From: Marispirochaeta sp.
GTDB lineage: Bacteria > Spirochaetota > Spirochaetia > JC444 > Marispirochaetaceae
DNA: 64,000 nt
Assembly: GCA_963676835.2 (NCBI GenBank)
Contig: CAXXFF010000002.1
Span: forward strand, 224,001 to 288,000
Direction: 5' to 3'
Shown: positions 48,244-58,766 of the stretch, piece by piece
Layout: each line of letters starts with the position of its first letter
How positions within the stretch are numbered: position 1 is the first letter of the stretch
Notes under the pieces: generated by a model
Databases searched by the model: none
What the model saw: only the letters and a program-made list of their open reading frames with translations
Told to the model about the DNA's origin: nothing
Program-made: the position numbers and the translations under genes

Positions 48244-50310
48244 TCAAGGTGCCTGCAGAAGCCGCCGGCCGCTTCCTTCGGCCAGGGTAAATTGCTGGAT
48301 AAGCTTCCGCAGCTCTTCTGACTGCCCTGCAAGTTCTTCCGCCGCAGCAGCACTTTCCTCTGCACTGGCCGTATTTGCCTGGGTCACATCATCTATCAGG
48401 CCGACTCCTTCCGAAATCTGGGTAAGTCCCTGTGCCTGCTCCCTGCTGGCCGATGCAATTTCTTCCAGCAGCGCGGCTACCTTGCCTACACCGTTTACAA
48501 TCAACTCAAGCTGTCCGGCAGTCTGCTCAACCAGGCGGTTTCCCTCACCGGAACGCTCCACCGAAAGATCAACTATAGCGGTTGTCTCTTTTACCGCCTG
48601 GGCACTTCTGGAGGCAAGGTTGCGCACCTCATCTGCAACTACGGCAAATCCCCTCCCGTATTTACCCGCCCGGGCGGCTTCAACATTGGCGTTCAAAGCC
48701 AGGAGATTTATCTGAAAGGCAATGTCATCAATAACCCGGACAACCTTCTTGATCTCTTCCGACCCCGAATTTATCTGAGACATGGCATTTACCAGTTCAT
48801 CCATGGAGTGGCTGCCTCCAAGGGCATTTTCCCGGGCCTCGACGGCCATTTTATTTGCCTCTGTTGCACTGGATGCATTCATGGAGGCCTGTCCGTTAAT
48901 CTGGGTAATGGAAGATGATATTTCCTCCAGGGAACTTGCCTGTTCAGTGGCCCCCTGGGATAGAGTCTGGCTGGCCTGGCTTACCTGGTCCGCCCCTCCG
49001 GCTACCTGATCAATAGCCCGGTGTACCTGACTCAGCAGATCTGTAAGAGACTGCTGCATACTTATCATGGATGTCCCCAGAATATCATTCCGGCCCGCCA
49101 GAACAATTTTTCCGGAGAAATCACCGGATGCAATCACTTGAAGAGCATCAGCTTTCTGCTTAAGGGCCTCTACCATATCAAGTACCGAGCGGTACACTCC
49201 AATGGTATTTTCCCTCTCCATGACGATACCATCCAGATCTCCCGCAGCAACTGTTTCTGCTATCTTTACCAGTTCTGCAGGATCACGGCCCAGCTGCCGG
49301 AGAATACTGCGGGTTGTTAAAACTGCAAGAAAAATCCCGCCGCCGAGAGCTGCCAAAGCAATCACCAGAACCATGATAATAATCTGCTCAACCCGGGATT
49401 TCATTACCCTGTCCGCTTCCGCGGCATTATCCTTGTAATACTCCACCAGTCCGGCAAGGGCTTTCTGCGTCGCCGCCAGTGCCGGCAGAGTCTCATCATT
49501 AAAGATTTTTACCGCTTCCGCCTGACGTTCAAGCAGGCCTTCAAGGTAAGCAACGGTCTGTTCTTTCTTTGTCCTCAGATCATCCAGCAGAGGAAGAATT
49601 ACCTGGTTGTACTGACGTATCGCATCCGCCCGGTCCCCCCTGGCAATGGCATCAATAATTAATTCAGCCGACCTGTGCAGAGATGCATGAGGCTGTTCCC
49701 ATTCATCAAGAAGCTTTTTAAACCGGGGATCTTCGGCAGAATAACTATAGTACCAGCTGCCGAAGTTACATTTCCGGGGATCCGTCTCCCCGACAAAGCT
49801 GTTACCGCTCATAATAAGCAGGTTCAGCCGGGCTATCCATTCAAGATGATCTATCCAGGCGCGCTCCAGCATAACAATAAGATCTTTATCAAACTCTACA
49901 TATACCTCATTAATCCTCCCGGCTGTGGCATGCATAGCTTCATGGGGCGGCTTGATTGCTTCAATCAGAGCGTAAAGCTCTGGATCATTCTCCGCCCTGC
50001 TGGCCATATCGCCGTCATATATCCACCGGCCAAGTCCGCACTGCGTGCAGTCGGTTTCCACATCGAGGGAGGAAACTGATTCCAGCAGAAAAAGATCCGT
50101 AACATCATTAATCCAGTGAAGATGATCAATCTCTTTTTCCAGTGCGAATGCCTGAAGAGAGTTCTCCTGCACAGCACGTGCACCCAGAGCCGCGACATCC
50201 ATAAATCGATAGACACTGAGAAGGGAGACAGCCAGGATTATAAGAATCATTACTGCAAATCCCGCAGTCAATTTTGCCCGAAGGGTTAATTTTTTCATTA
50301 TTTCCTCCAC
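48244..50310 (-). CDS. Methyl-accepting chemotaxis protein with two CZB domains between TM1 and TM2
   Basis: IAFQINLLALNANVEAARAG; CZB motifs H..W/CGLGRW/HEAMH and H..W/CNFGSW/HASLH. Confidence 0.92.
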   Translation of the reverse strand: MEEIMKKLTLRAKLTAGFAVMILIILAVSLLSVYRFMDVAALGARAVQENSLQAFALEKEIDHLHWINDVTDLFLLESVSSLDVETDCTQCGLGRWIYDGDMASRAENDPELYALIEAIKPPHEAMHATAGRINEVYVEFDKDLIVMLERAWIDHLEWIARLNLLIMSGNSFVGETDPRKCNFGSWYYSYSAEDPRFKKLLDEWEQPHASLHRSAELIIDAIARGDRADAIRQYNQVILPLLDDLRTKKEQTVAYLEGLLERQAEAVKIFNDETLPALAATQKALAGLVEYYKDNAAEADRVMKSRVEQIIIMVLVIALAALGGGIFLAVLTTRSILRQLGRDPAELVKIAETVAAGDLDGIVMERENTIGVYRSVLDMVEALKQKADALQVIASGDFSGKIVLAGRNDILGTSMISMQQSLTDLLSQVHRAIDQVAGGADQVSQASQTLSQGATEQASSLEEISSSITQINGQASMNASSATEANKMAVEARENALGGSHSMDELVNAMSQINSGSEEIKKVVRVIDDIAFQINLLALNANVEAARAGKYGRGFAVVADEVRNLASRSAQAVKETTAIVDLSVERSGEGNRLVEQTAGQLELIVNGVGKVAALLEEIASASREQAQGLTQISEGVGLIDDVTQANTASAEESAAAAEELAGQSEELRKLIQQFTLAEGSGRRLLQAP

Positions 50311-50347
50311 TTTTCAGAAATTTCCCTAATTCCTTACTAGTGTGGAG

Positions 50348-50376
50348 AAAAAAAGGCGGAATTGCAAATTCCGCCT
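50348..50376 (-). terminator. Rho-independent terminator after slyX
   Basis: AGGCGGAATT/AATTCCGCCT stem plus U-run. Confidence 0.85.
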
Positions 50377-50381
50377 GAAAT

Positions 50382-50582
50382 TTAGTAATGGGGAGGCCGT
50401 GTATGGGGAAGATTTTCCCCGGACAGCTCCCGCAGTTCCTGAACCCGTTTGGTCAGCAGCGAGAGAGATGCCTTCAGGGTATCGATCTCCTTCTGCTGAC
50501 CTATTACAGTTTCATTGAGATCCGCCACCAGGGATTCCTGATAGCTCAATTTCATTTCCAGCTCCATGAGCCGTTTTTCCAT
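50382..50582 (-). CDS. slyX: SlyX family protein
   Basis: RL.ELEMKLSYQE..V..LN, ends PPHY. Confidence 0.9.
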   Translation of the reverse strand: MEKRLMELEMKLSYQESLVADLNETVIGQQKEIDTLKASLSLLTKRVQELRELSGENLPHTRPPHY

Positions 50583-50612
50583 ACAATGCCTCCAGGGCGG
50601 AAGTTATCAGGA

Positions 50613-52676
50613 TCAGAATGAAAGCTTCAGCTTGCTCCCGGCTTTATCCAGCAGGTCCTGAGCCTGATCCTGAATCCCGGCGGTAATTTCCGCACTGCGT
50701 TTTTCCAGAGCCTTCCGTTTTTCATCCACCGAACGGCTCAGATCATCTGCAGATTCAAGCCCCTTGTTCAGATCTCCGCCATACTCATTAAAAAGATTAT
50801 TCAGCTTTTCGTTCTCTTCAAGCTTACCGGAAAGTTCATCCTGCAGAGCCTGCTTGAGATCTTCCTTCAGCTCATCCGCCCGGTCCTGCAGATACTCCCC
50901 GGCCTTTTCCGCCAGTACGGAATCCAGGGTACTGGATATTCGAAAAGAACTTATTTCATTACCCTCAGCTTCAAATTCAAGCTGGAATTCTGCCGTGTCC
51001 GTTTCTTCAAGAATCTCCCGGACCGCCTCTGCGAGGGGGTCCCCGGATGAGTCGTAGACACCCTTAAAGGCACCAAGAACAAGCAGACCTTCACCACTGC
51101 CACGGCCCTCGGGCAAAACGGAAAAGGAAAGAGTTCCCCCGGCAGCACCGGAAAGGTCTTTAATCCCCAGTCCGGAGAGCGCCGATCCCGCATCGAATGA
51201 CCCGCCGTCCATATCTGCTTCCAGGGAGAAAACTGTATCGGCATTGCTGCGGACATCCACTGCCCCGGCGGCTGAAATATCAATTCCGGTGGTGGATGAA
51301 TCCCATGAATAGGCAAAAGGCTTACCCCAGACATCCGGATCTGAGTTTATATCATCTGCCTTCAGGCGCATAAAAGGATCACTGCCCTCACTTCCGCTGG
51401 AAACCCGAAACTCCTGAATAAGAAAACGGGGGAATCCCTGTACCGGGAAATAGACCCGTTCACCCTTGCGGGAGAGCACGGCTGTTTTTTCTTCATCAGC
51501 GGACTCATTCTTTTTAAGTCCCTTTGCAGCATCCAGGACCTTCATGGCTTTATCATAGTAGCCGCCGATCTTTGCCCGCAGAATATTCTCCGCCGCCTGG
51601 GATGCAATACCTTTAAGGGTTCCCGTGGGATTGCCCACAACATCTTCGAGAAGCCGGTAATCCGCAGCGACAGCATCGGTAATTCCGTCCTGAAGCTGTA
51701 TGAGCTCCCTGCGGTCGCGGTTGAAATCGGCAGAGGTTTCTCCTGCGGTTTTAACCGCCTTTTCTACCGCCGGCGAATTATCATTAAGTATCTTTAACGC
51801 CGCAGCGGCCTCTTCCGGACTGTCGATTGAACCGACATCGATGGCCGCAATCTTATCCGCACCCCGGCGGCCGGCGGCAAGATCGGCATCGAGGGTATCA
51901 ATACGACCAGGCCAGGTATCGACTGCTTCAGTGTAGGCACTGTTTACCGTGTCGATATACTGAGGGCTTTCAAGGCGGGACATCTGATCATCCAGAATCG
52001 CCTGGGGATCCATATCTGCAATCAGCCCTCCCCCGGAATCTGCTGCAGGTGCAGAATCTCCGGGGTCAGTACTTTCAGAAATCCCGGTTTCTGCTTCTGA
52101 CCCGGTTCGTACAGTTCCCAGGGCAATTCCATCTGCGATTATACGATCTATGACCATACGCTTTTTCAAGAGTTCCCAGATATTGACCTTTACTTCAGAA
52201 GCACCCAGTTCGAAAAGGTTGGTCGAAGGCTTTTCCTTATCCGCCACAGCAAGGGAAGAAAAAGAGACGGAGCCGCTGAAGATACTCAGATGGGCATCCT
52301 CCACGTCGGCTGGGGCGGCAAAAACCGCCGCCAGTCCTGCTTCCATCCCCTGTTCAAGGAGCTTGTCTTTAAAGAGAAAATTGAAAATCAGGGCGGCAGC
52401 AAGAATAACCAGAAGAATGGCGGCTTTCCATCCGGTTACAAGGCCCTTGTTCTTTTTTACCGATTTCATCAAGGCCTTAAGATGTTTCCCGCTCTTTTTA
52501 TCCAGTTCCTGGTTCAGGATATAGCGCCCCTCGCTGTCCTTTGTTACCAGGCTCAGAAGAAACTCTTTCTCCTTTTCCACATAAATGCGTTTGAGAATCT
52601 TTTTGTTGAATTTCTTTTCCGGAACAGGTTTTCTGAATACCTTAGGTGGCTTCACCGGCTTTTTCTGTCTGCTCAT
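50613..52676 (-). CDS. TIGR03545-like protein (AsmA-like N-terminus, coiled coils)
   Basis: One TM helix, NLFELG, GIALGT.R, RKGERVYFP..PRFLI; paired with the TIGR03546-like gene. Confidence 0.7.
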   Translation of the reverse strand: MSRQKKPVKPPKVFRKPVPEKKFNKKILKRIYVEKEKEFLLSLVTKDSEGRYILNQELDKKSGKHLKALMKSVKKNKGLVTGWKAAILLVILAAALIFNFLFKDKLLEQGMEAGLAAVFAAPADVEDAHLSIFSGSVSFSSLAVADKEKPSTNLFELGASEVKVNIWELLKKRMVIDRIIADGIALGTVRTGSEAETGISESTDPGDSAPAADSGGGLIADMDPQAILDDQMSRLESPQYIDTVNSAYTEAVDTWPGRIDTLDADLAAGRRGADKIAAIDVGSIDSPEEAAAALKILNDNSPAVEKAVKTAGETSADFNRDRRELIQLQDGITDAVAADYRLLEDVVGNPTGTLKGIASQAAENILRAKIGGYYDKAMKVLDAAKGLKKNESADEEKTAVLSRKGERVYFPVQGFPRFLIQEFRVSSGSEGSDPFMRLKADDINSDPDVWGKPFAYSWDSSTTGIDISAAGAVDVRSNADTVFSLEADMDGGSFDAGSALSGLGIKDLSGAAGGTLSFSVLPEGRGSGEGLLVLGAFKGVYDSSGDPLAEAVREILEETDTAEFQLEFEAEGNEISSFRISSTLDSVLAEKAGEYLQDRADELKEDLKQALQDELSGKLEENEKLNNLFNEYGGDLNKGLESADDLSRSVDEKRKALEKRSAEITAGIQDQAQDLLDKAGSKLKLSF

Positions 52677-53209
52677 ACCAGACCTCCCGGAATACTGCTC
52701 ACCTTACCCACAGCCTTACCGATCTTTTTCACCAGCGGAAGCCGCTGAAAGGCTTTAACCAGACGGCTGTTAGCCAGAAGCGGCCAGAGCCGGTTGCGGT
52801 AGAGCCGCACAAGCAGTGCGAAAAGAAGAAAAACCGGAACCCAGAGAACAATGCCAGCAGCCAGGCCTCCGGTTACCAGGGAATTGTTGAAATCCGTATA
52901 GGGGACCAGAGGCATGTTTATCATGGCGGTAAAAAGTGAGTTCAGTCCCCCGATATTCAATATGCTCAACCCGACCCGACTGATAAATGGATCAAGGAAG
53001 GGAACTCCCAGCCTTGCCAGGGCCATTACAAACAGAGCTGTAGCCAGATGCACTTTAAGAAAAAAGACAATAATAAAAAGCAGAATCCAGAGAAGGTTGC
53101 CGCCGGGAATAAGCGCCAGCATAAGACCGAAAGCCGCTGCGGCGGCTATCTCACCGGGCCGTGAATTGGCATTCAGGGCTGCAAGCAGTTTGGCGATCAT
53201 GGTTATCAT
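52673..53209 (-). CDS. TIGR03546/DUF2062-like membrane protein
   Basis: LNANSRPGEIA, P..DFNNSLVTG. Confidence 0.8.
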   Translation of the reverse strand: MITMIAKLLAALNANSRPGEIAAAAAFGLMLALIPGGNLLWILLFIIVFFLKVHLATALFVMALARLGVPFLDPFISRVGLSILNIGGLNSLFTAMINMPLVPYTDFNNSLVTGGLAAGIVLWVPVFLLFALLVRLYRNRLWPLLANSRLVKAFQRLPLVKKIGKAVGKVSSIPGGLV

Positions 53210-53245
53210 GATTCACTCCTTTTTTCCATTCACAATTTTACTGCA

Positions 53246-54211
53246 CTAGGGTGCAGATACCTTGTTAAGTATAAAAATTTCGGGACGGTACTCAAAGTGG
53301 ATAGTATCAAAATACACCCATTTGCCCCCCCAGACAAACCCGTGTTTTTCAAATGCCTCGATAAACCCCTCCGGCGGATGGTAGCGCTTCTCGTAAGGAA
53401 GGGCAAACCATTCCGGAAAGTTGGCGGCAGCCCAGCGCCAGTAGGCCTGTTTTCCTGCGTAACTTTTGGGAAGAAGATCCACTGCAACACCGTATGAGTG
53501 AAAACTCATGGATCCTGTTCCGGCAATGGCCCGCCAGTTGTAGGCATCAAAGCCGGCAAGGGAAGCAACAAACCTGCGGACTTCAGTGTCAGTAAGACTC
53601 AATGCCTGAATATCTTCCTCCACCGCCGCCAGATCTTCAAGCAGTTCCCGGTGAATTTCCAGTTTATGTCCCAGAAAATAGGTTGTTTTCATCCGGGCCC
53701 AGCTGCTGGCGCGGTCATCAATACGCCAGAGGGTATTAAAGAACCCGGGATAACGCCTGGGCGGATTCTCTTCTCTGTTGGCAGCCATGCCCCGGATACG
53801 TTCAGCTGCAGCACTGCCGGATACAACAGGCTCAGGCATACCTGAGGGATAGCGGTAAAAAGGATGAGGAGAAAACTCATCCGACCGGGATAGAAGCTCC
53901 TCAGGGAGGAGTTTTCCCTCCGCCCAGAAGAACCGGGAACCTTTCACTCTGAGGGCATAATCACCGTTGATGAATTCCACGCCATCTATTTTATCCGGGT
54001 AGGCCTGCTGCAGAGCAAGCAGAACATCCCTGCCGCTGAAGCGGCGGAACTGCTCCTGGGGAGATTCTGCTGTATCCGCAGCTCTCGACGGTTCCGCACT
54101 GAGGGGAGAAGAAAACACTACTGAACAGAACAGGATACAGAGGATAGGGAAGATCGTCACACATATTCTCCAGATATCTGTCAGCATACTCCTCGCGCTC
54201 CGGGGGGACAA
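53246..54211 (-). CDS. M15 family D,D/L,D-peptidase
   Basis: YNWR.IAGT..SFHSYGVAVD, FE.HGFVWGGKW..FDTIHFEY; start uncertain. Confidence 0.88.
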   Translation of the reverse strand: MSPRSARSMLTDIWRICVTIFPILCILFCSVVFSSPLSAEPSRAADTAESPQEQFRRFSGRDVLLALQQAYPDKIDGVEFINGDYALRVKGSRFFWAEGKLLPEELLSRSDEFSPHPFYRYPSGMPEPVVSGSAAAERIRGMAANREENPPRRYPGFFNTLWRIDDRASSWARMKTTYFLGHKLEIHRELLEDLAAVEEDIQALSLTDTEVRRFVASLAGFDAYNWRAIAGTGSMSFHSYGVAVDLLPKSYAGKQAYWRWAAANFPEWFALPYEKRYHPPEGFIEAFEKHGFVWGGKWVYFDTIHFEYRPEIFILNKVSAP

Positions 54212-54260
54212 GGAGATTCGGTAATTTTTATTATCCTCCCCCCCGCCTGCTTTCTCTTAT

Positions 54261-54289
54261 TTGACAGCCCGCAAAAAGAGACGTACCAT
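54261..54289 (+). promoter_or_regulatory. sigma70 promoter
   Basis: TTGACA-17-TACCAT. Confidence 0.7.
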
Positions 54290-54337
54290 TTACTATATAA
54301 GGGTTCTGTAAAATACCAGTTTCAGGAGGATGCAGTT

Positions 54338-54982
54338 ATGACGGTTGGAAAACGGATGACATCAAACCCGGTTACCATTTTACCCAACGGTTCTGTCGCT
54401 GAAGCACGCAAGATAATGCAGCGGGAGAAAATTCACCGCCTGCCGGTTACCGACAAACATGGAAAACTGGTGGGTATTGTCACTGAAAAAGACCTGTTAA
54501 AAGCTGCACCTTCAGCTGCCACCTCTCTGGATGTCTATGAGATATCAGAGCTGCTTTCGGAACTCAAAGTTGAAACTGTCATGACCCCCGATCCGGTCAG
54601 TATTGACGAATCAACCACCATCGAGGATGCAGCCCGCATAATGTCCGATAACAATATCGGCGGGCTTCCCATACTGCGGGATAATCACATCTGCGGCATC
54701 ATTACCGAATCCGATCTGTTCAAGATCTTCATTGAACTGTTCGGAGCCAGACGTTCCGGTATCCGTGCAACAATTCTGATACCCGAAAAAAGGGGAGAGC
54801 TGGCGGATATAGCCTCGTCCATCCGGGACAAAGGAGGAAACATCATCTCCATCGGCACATTCCTGGGAGATGATATGACCACCACACTCTGCACCATCAA
54901 GGTAGATGAAATTTCCCGGGAAGAGCTGGTCGAGTGCCTGAAACCCTATGTTGTGGAAGTCAGAGACGTACGGGAAGTATAA
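54338..54982 (+). CDS. CBS-CBS-ACT protein (AcuB-like)
   Basis: IHRLPV, GIVTEKDL, SAATSLDVYE, GIITESD, C-terminal ACT domain. Confidence 0.88.
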   Translation: MTVGKRMTSNPVTILPNGSVAEARKIMQREKIHRLPVTDKHGKLVGIVTEKDLLKAAPSAATSLDVYEISELLSELKVETVMTPDPVSIDESTTIEDAARIMSDNNIGGLPILRDNHICGIITESDLFKIFIELFGARRSGIRATILIPEKRGELADIASSIRDKGGNIISIGTFLGDDMTTTLCTIKVDEISREELVECLKPYVVEVRDVREV

Positions 54983-54992
54983 GACTGCTGAC

Positions 54993-55021
54993 TTGTCAAC
55001 TGACCGGCCGAAGGCTATACT
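54993..55021 (+). promoter_or_regulatory. sigma70 promoter
   Basis: TTGTCA-17-TATACT. Confidence 0.65.
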
Positions 55022-55054
55022 CTATTTAATAACTTCTATCAACATGGTGAATTA

Positions 55055-56272
55055 ATGGAACAAGTTCGGGTACCCGACCTTAAAGAGGGAATGATTCTGG
55101 CAGAAGATGTCCGGGACATGAATGGACGGCGCCTGCTCTCCGCCGGCTGCAGCATAAATGAGAAGTGTCTGCACATTCTCAATACCTGGGGCATCCTTGA
55201 TGTAATGATCAAGAAGCCCTTATCCGGTAAGGATGCTGATCCATCAGAGCTGGCCGAGATAGAAGAAGATGAGGATCAGCAGGAAATTTCCGAACTGTTT
55301 TCACTGGTAAGCAGAAAAGACCCCCTGGTTCAGGAACTCTGGCGGAAAAGTCTCGAAGCCCATGACAGCCGGGGCTACAGCCATTTTCTTGAATATACCG
55401 GAGAACCTGATCCCCTGCAGCGGGGCACCATCCCTGCCAGTCCGGAAGCGGTAATAGAAACAGCAGAATTCACCACTCTTCCGGAAGTTTACCATCACAT
55501 TCTTGAGGTAATTAACGACGAAAAAAGTTCGACCATGGACATTTCCGATGTAATTACCAAAGACCCGAGCTTCACTTCCCGTATACTTAACCTGGCCAAC
55601 AGCTCTTTCTATGCACTGAAAAACAGTGTCGATACCGTCAGTAAGGCGGTTTCCATTATCGGAACCAGGGAACTGGGAACACTGGCCCTGGGCATAACCG
55701 TCAGCAGAAGCCTCCTTCAGACAAAGCATAATGACTACTCCCTGCTTGAGTTCTGGCGTCACAGCGTGGCAACCGCCATCGCAGCCAGAACTCTGGCCAT
55801 TTTTCTGAAGGAGAAAAATACCGAGCGTTTCTTCATCGGCGGACTTCTCCATGATATGGGAAAGATCCTTCTCTATTCACGGCTCAAGGAAGGAATCTAC
55901 TACCTCGATTTTCTCGCAAAGAAACATAAAATGAACCTTCACGCCACAGAGAAGAGTATTCTCGGCTACACCCATGCCGATGTGGGATCAAAACTCTGCG
56001 TAAAATGGAACCTGCCGGAAAACCTCCACTCCATGATCGGCGACCACCACAGTGTTGCCCGGAGCATGCGGTCCTATGAAGCAACCATAATCCATTTTGC
56101 CGATATCATTGCCAACAGCATAAAGAAAGGCACCAGTGGTGAACCTTTTATTCCCCCTATACAGTCTGAAGCCCGGAAATTCCTGCAGATAAGCCCCAGT
56201 GCAGTGGCTGCCATTGTCAGTCAGATAGAAAATAATACCGATGAAATTGCCGGGATCATGCTGAATGACTGA
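55055..56272 (+). CDS. HDOD domain protein with N-terminal extension
   Basis: LKEGMILAEDV N-terminus, DPSFTSRIL.LANS, FWRHS, LLHDMGK. Confidence 0.9.
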   Translation: MEQVRVPDLKEGMILAEDVRDMNGRRLLSAGCSINEKCLHILNTWGILDVMIKKPLSGKDADPSELAEIEEDEDQQEISELFSLVSRKDPLVQELWRKSLEAHDSRGYSHFLEYTGEPDPLQRGTIPASPEAVIETAEFTTLPEVYHHILEVINDEKSSTMDISDVITKDPSFTSRILNLANSSFYALKNSVDTVSKAVSIIGTRELGTLALGITVSRSLLQTKHNDYSLLEFWRHSVATAIAARTLAIFLKEKNTERFFIGGLLHDMGKILLYSRLKEGIYYLDFLAKKHKMNLHATEKSILGYTHADVGSKLCVKWNLPENLHSMIGDHHSVARSMRSYEATIIHFADIIANSIKKGTSGEPFIPPIQSEARKFLQISPSAVAAIVSQIENNTDEIAGIMLND

Positions 56273-57416
56273 TTCCCGGAATCTTGAACAGGAAAACAGG
56301 GACTTAAGTGAAAGTCTTCTCAATGCCTATGAGATAATTGAGGCTCTGGGTCCCATTTCAGACTGTTTTGAGGTAGTTAAGGATTCTCTGCCCCAGGACC
56401 ATATCCTGGATCTTACGGATAATCAGATCCGCAGGCTTTTTCCCTTTCACACCACTGCTTTCTTCCTGTTTCCTCCTGAGAATGATGAACTGGAATGCCA
56501 TAAATGCCTCCCCCCGGATGCAAAAGACCATGTTGAAAAACTGATTATCGAAGAAACAGAAAACGGGAACATCCACATAGCACTGCGGGATCAGAGCCCC
56601 ATGCTGAGGCATATTCCCGGGGAAAAAAATGAACGGCTTCTTATCCACAGCATTGGCACCAGCAGACGCAGCCGGGGAATTTTTGCCGGCATCTACCGGG
56701 CAGGAAGCAAAAACAGCGACAGACTCAGCCAGCTGCTGCTCACCCTGGTTCTTTCCCAGACAAGCAATGCCCTGGACAGCGCCGATCTGTATACAGAAAT
56801 GCAGCGCTTCCGCAGACTCCTGACAGGAACAAAAGAGCAGCATAGAATACTCTTTCAAAAGATAAACAGTGGTGTAGACCGCATGTTCAGCCTGTTCCAG
56901 CGGCTTTCCAGCGAGGAAACAGACTCAAGCCCCAGGGAAAATAATGCCCGGCTGTCGATTATGCGCTGGACTTATAACAAATTTACCAGCAGCGGAACAC
57001 CGGAAAATCAGGAAGCAAGCCGCTTTCTTTCGGACCTTACCGAAAACTATGAAGCAACCTTCGGATATGCCCGGCATTCAGTACGATTATACGGTTCCAA
57101 CGAGAACAGACTGTTGAATCTGGATACCGCCGTGCCTCTGGCAATTGCTCTTTTTGAACTTCTTGCTCTGATTTTTCATCGCAGCAGCACCCCTCCGGAA
57201 AATCCCATCGACCTGTCCATAAATGAAATTGATTCATCCTGGGAAATACGGATAAAGGAAGATCAGCTTAAGGATCTTCCCGATCCGGACTCTGAGGAAG
57301 CAGAACTGTTTACACATATTGTTTTTAATGAACTGGGAGGAACAATCCTCACTCCCGGAAAGGGCAAGCGGAAGATTGCAGGGATCAGGTTAAGCGGCAC
57401 CAGCCACCTAACCTGA
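56265..57416 (+). CDS. GAF domain + degenerate HisKA_2/HATPase-like protein
   Basis: GAF-like region; LDTAVPLAIALFELL resembles the HisKA_2-type N-box region, but H and G boxes are absent. Confidence 0.55.
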   Translation: MTDSRNLEQENRDLSESLLNAYEIIEALGPISDCFEVVKDSLPQDHILDLTDNQIRRLFPFHTTAFFLFPPENDELECHKCLPPDAKDHVEKLIIEETENGNIHIALRDQSPMLRHIPGEKNERLLIHSIGTSRRSRGIFAGIYRAGSKNSDRLSQLLLTLVLSQTSNALDSADLYTEMQRFRRLLTGTKEQHRILFQKINSGVDRMFSLFQRLSSEETDSSPRENNARLSIMRWTYNKFTSSGTPENQEASRFLSDLTENYEATFGYARHSVRLYGSNENRLLNLDTAVPLAIALFELLALIFHRSSTPPENPIDLSINEIDSSWEIRIKEDQLKDLPDPDSEEAELFTHIVFNELGGTILTPGKGKRKIAGIRLSGTSHLT

Positions 57417-57436
57417 CCGCTTGGATATCAGGCTTA

Positions 57437-58726
57437 TCAGCCTGCAGCAGACCGGATCGCCTGATCCAGATCCTCAAGAATATCGTCAATATTCTCAAGA
57501 CCGATGGAGAGCCGGATAAGCTCCGGCTTTACCCCGGCGGCTACCATATCCTCGGGAGACAACTGGGAGTGGGTTGTACTTGCCGGGTGAATAACCAGAC
57601 TCTTCGCATCCCCCACGTTGGCAACATGGGAAAAGAGCTTCATGCTGTTTACAAAAGCGGCCCCATTCTCCGATCCGCCTTTTATTCCAAAAACAACCAT
57701 TCCCCCGAAGCCTCTCTTCAGATATTTGACATTCCGGTCGTAGGCTTCATTGGACTTCAGTCCGGGATAGCTGACCCAGGCAACCCCGGGATGCTTTTCC
57801 AGAAACTGTGCAGTTTTCAGGGCATTCTCACTGTGCCTCTCCATGCGCAATGCAAGGGTTTCCAGCCCCTGCAGGAATATCCAGGCATTATCCGGTGAAA
57901 TTGCCGCTCCAAGATTTCTCAGCGGAACAAGCCGCATACGCATAATGTATGCTATCGGGTTGAGCTCCCCTAGATCATGGGCATAGCGGACTCCATGGTA
58001 GGAGGGATCCGGTTCGTTAAAGAGTTTGAATTTCGGATCGGTCCAGTCAAACTTGCCGGAGTCAATCACGATTCCGCCGATTCCGGCGCCGTGTCCGCCA
58101 AGCCATTTGGTCAGGGAATGCACCACAATGTCAGCACCGTAATCGATGGGGCGGAGAAGATAGGGCGTTGTAAAGGTGGAATCTACTATCAATGGCAGCC
58201 TATGACTGTGGGCCAGTGCAGAGATTTTCTCGATGTCCGCAACAACCAGTCCGGGGTTGCCGATAGTCTCGTAATAAACCGCCCGGGTTTTTTCGTTAAT
58301 AGCCTTTTCCAGCTCTGCAAGATCTTCAGGATCAACAAAGCGTACCTTTATTCCGAACTGCGGCAGGATATCGTGGAACATGGTGTAGGTCCCGCCGTAG
58401 AGATTATTGGATGAGACGATCTCCTCCCCGGCAGATACAATATTAATCACTGCATAAAAGATGGCCGAAGTTCCCGATGCCACCGCCAGAGCGGCTGCAC
58501 CTCCCTCCAGGGCGGCCATACGCTCCTCTAGAACGGCATGGGTCGGGTTCATTAGCCGGGTATAAATATTTCCCAGCTCTTTCAGGGCAAAAAGATTTGC
58601 CGCATATTCCGTGTTTTTGAACAGATAGGCAGACGTCCGGTAAATCGGTACGCCCCGGCTCTGCTGAACCCCTTCAGTTTGCTGGCCCGCGTGCAGGGCC
58701 AGGGTTTCAAATTTATAGTCAGACAT
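57437..58726 (-). CDS. metY: O-acetylhomoserine aminocarboxypropyltransferase (sulfhydrylase)
   Basis: [46 protein letters not shown]. Confidence 0.93.
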   Translation of the reverse strand: MSDYKFETLALHAGQQTEGVQQSRGVPIYRTSAYLFKNTEYAANLFALKELGNIYTRLMNPTHAVLEERMAALEGGAAALAVASGTSAIFYAVINIVSAGEEIVSSNNLYGGTYTMFHDILPQFGIKVRFVDPEDLAELEKAINEKTRAVYYETIGNPGLVVADIEKISALAHSHRLPLIVDSTFTTPYLLRPIDYGADIVVHSLTKWLGGHGAGIGGIVIDSGKFDWTDPKFKLFNEPDPSYHGVRYAHDLGELNPIAYIMRMRLVPLRNLGAAISPDNAWIFLQGLETLALRMERHSENALKTAQFLEKHPGVAWVSYPGLKSNEAYDRNVKYLKRGFGGMVVFGIKGGSENGAAFVNSMKLFSHVANVGDAKSLVIHPASTTHSQLSPEDMVAAGVKPELIRLSIGLENIDDILEDLDQAIRSAAG

Positions 58727-58766
58727 AATTTCCTCCCGAATATCTGTGTGTTCCGGTTCTCATTCC

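Noticed and set aside
58727..58766. SAM riboswitch upstream of metY
   Set aside because: Only a 40-nt gap after cysK.
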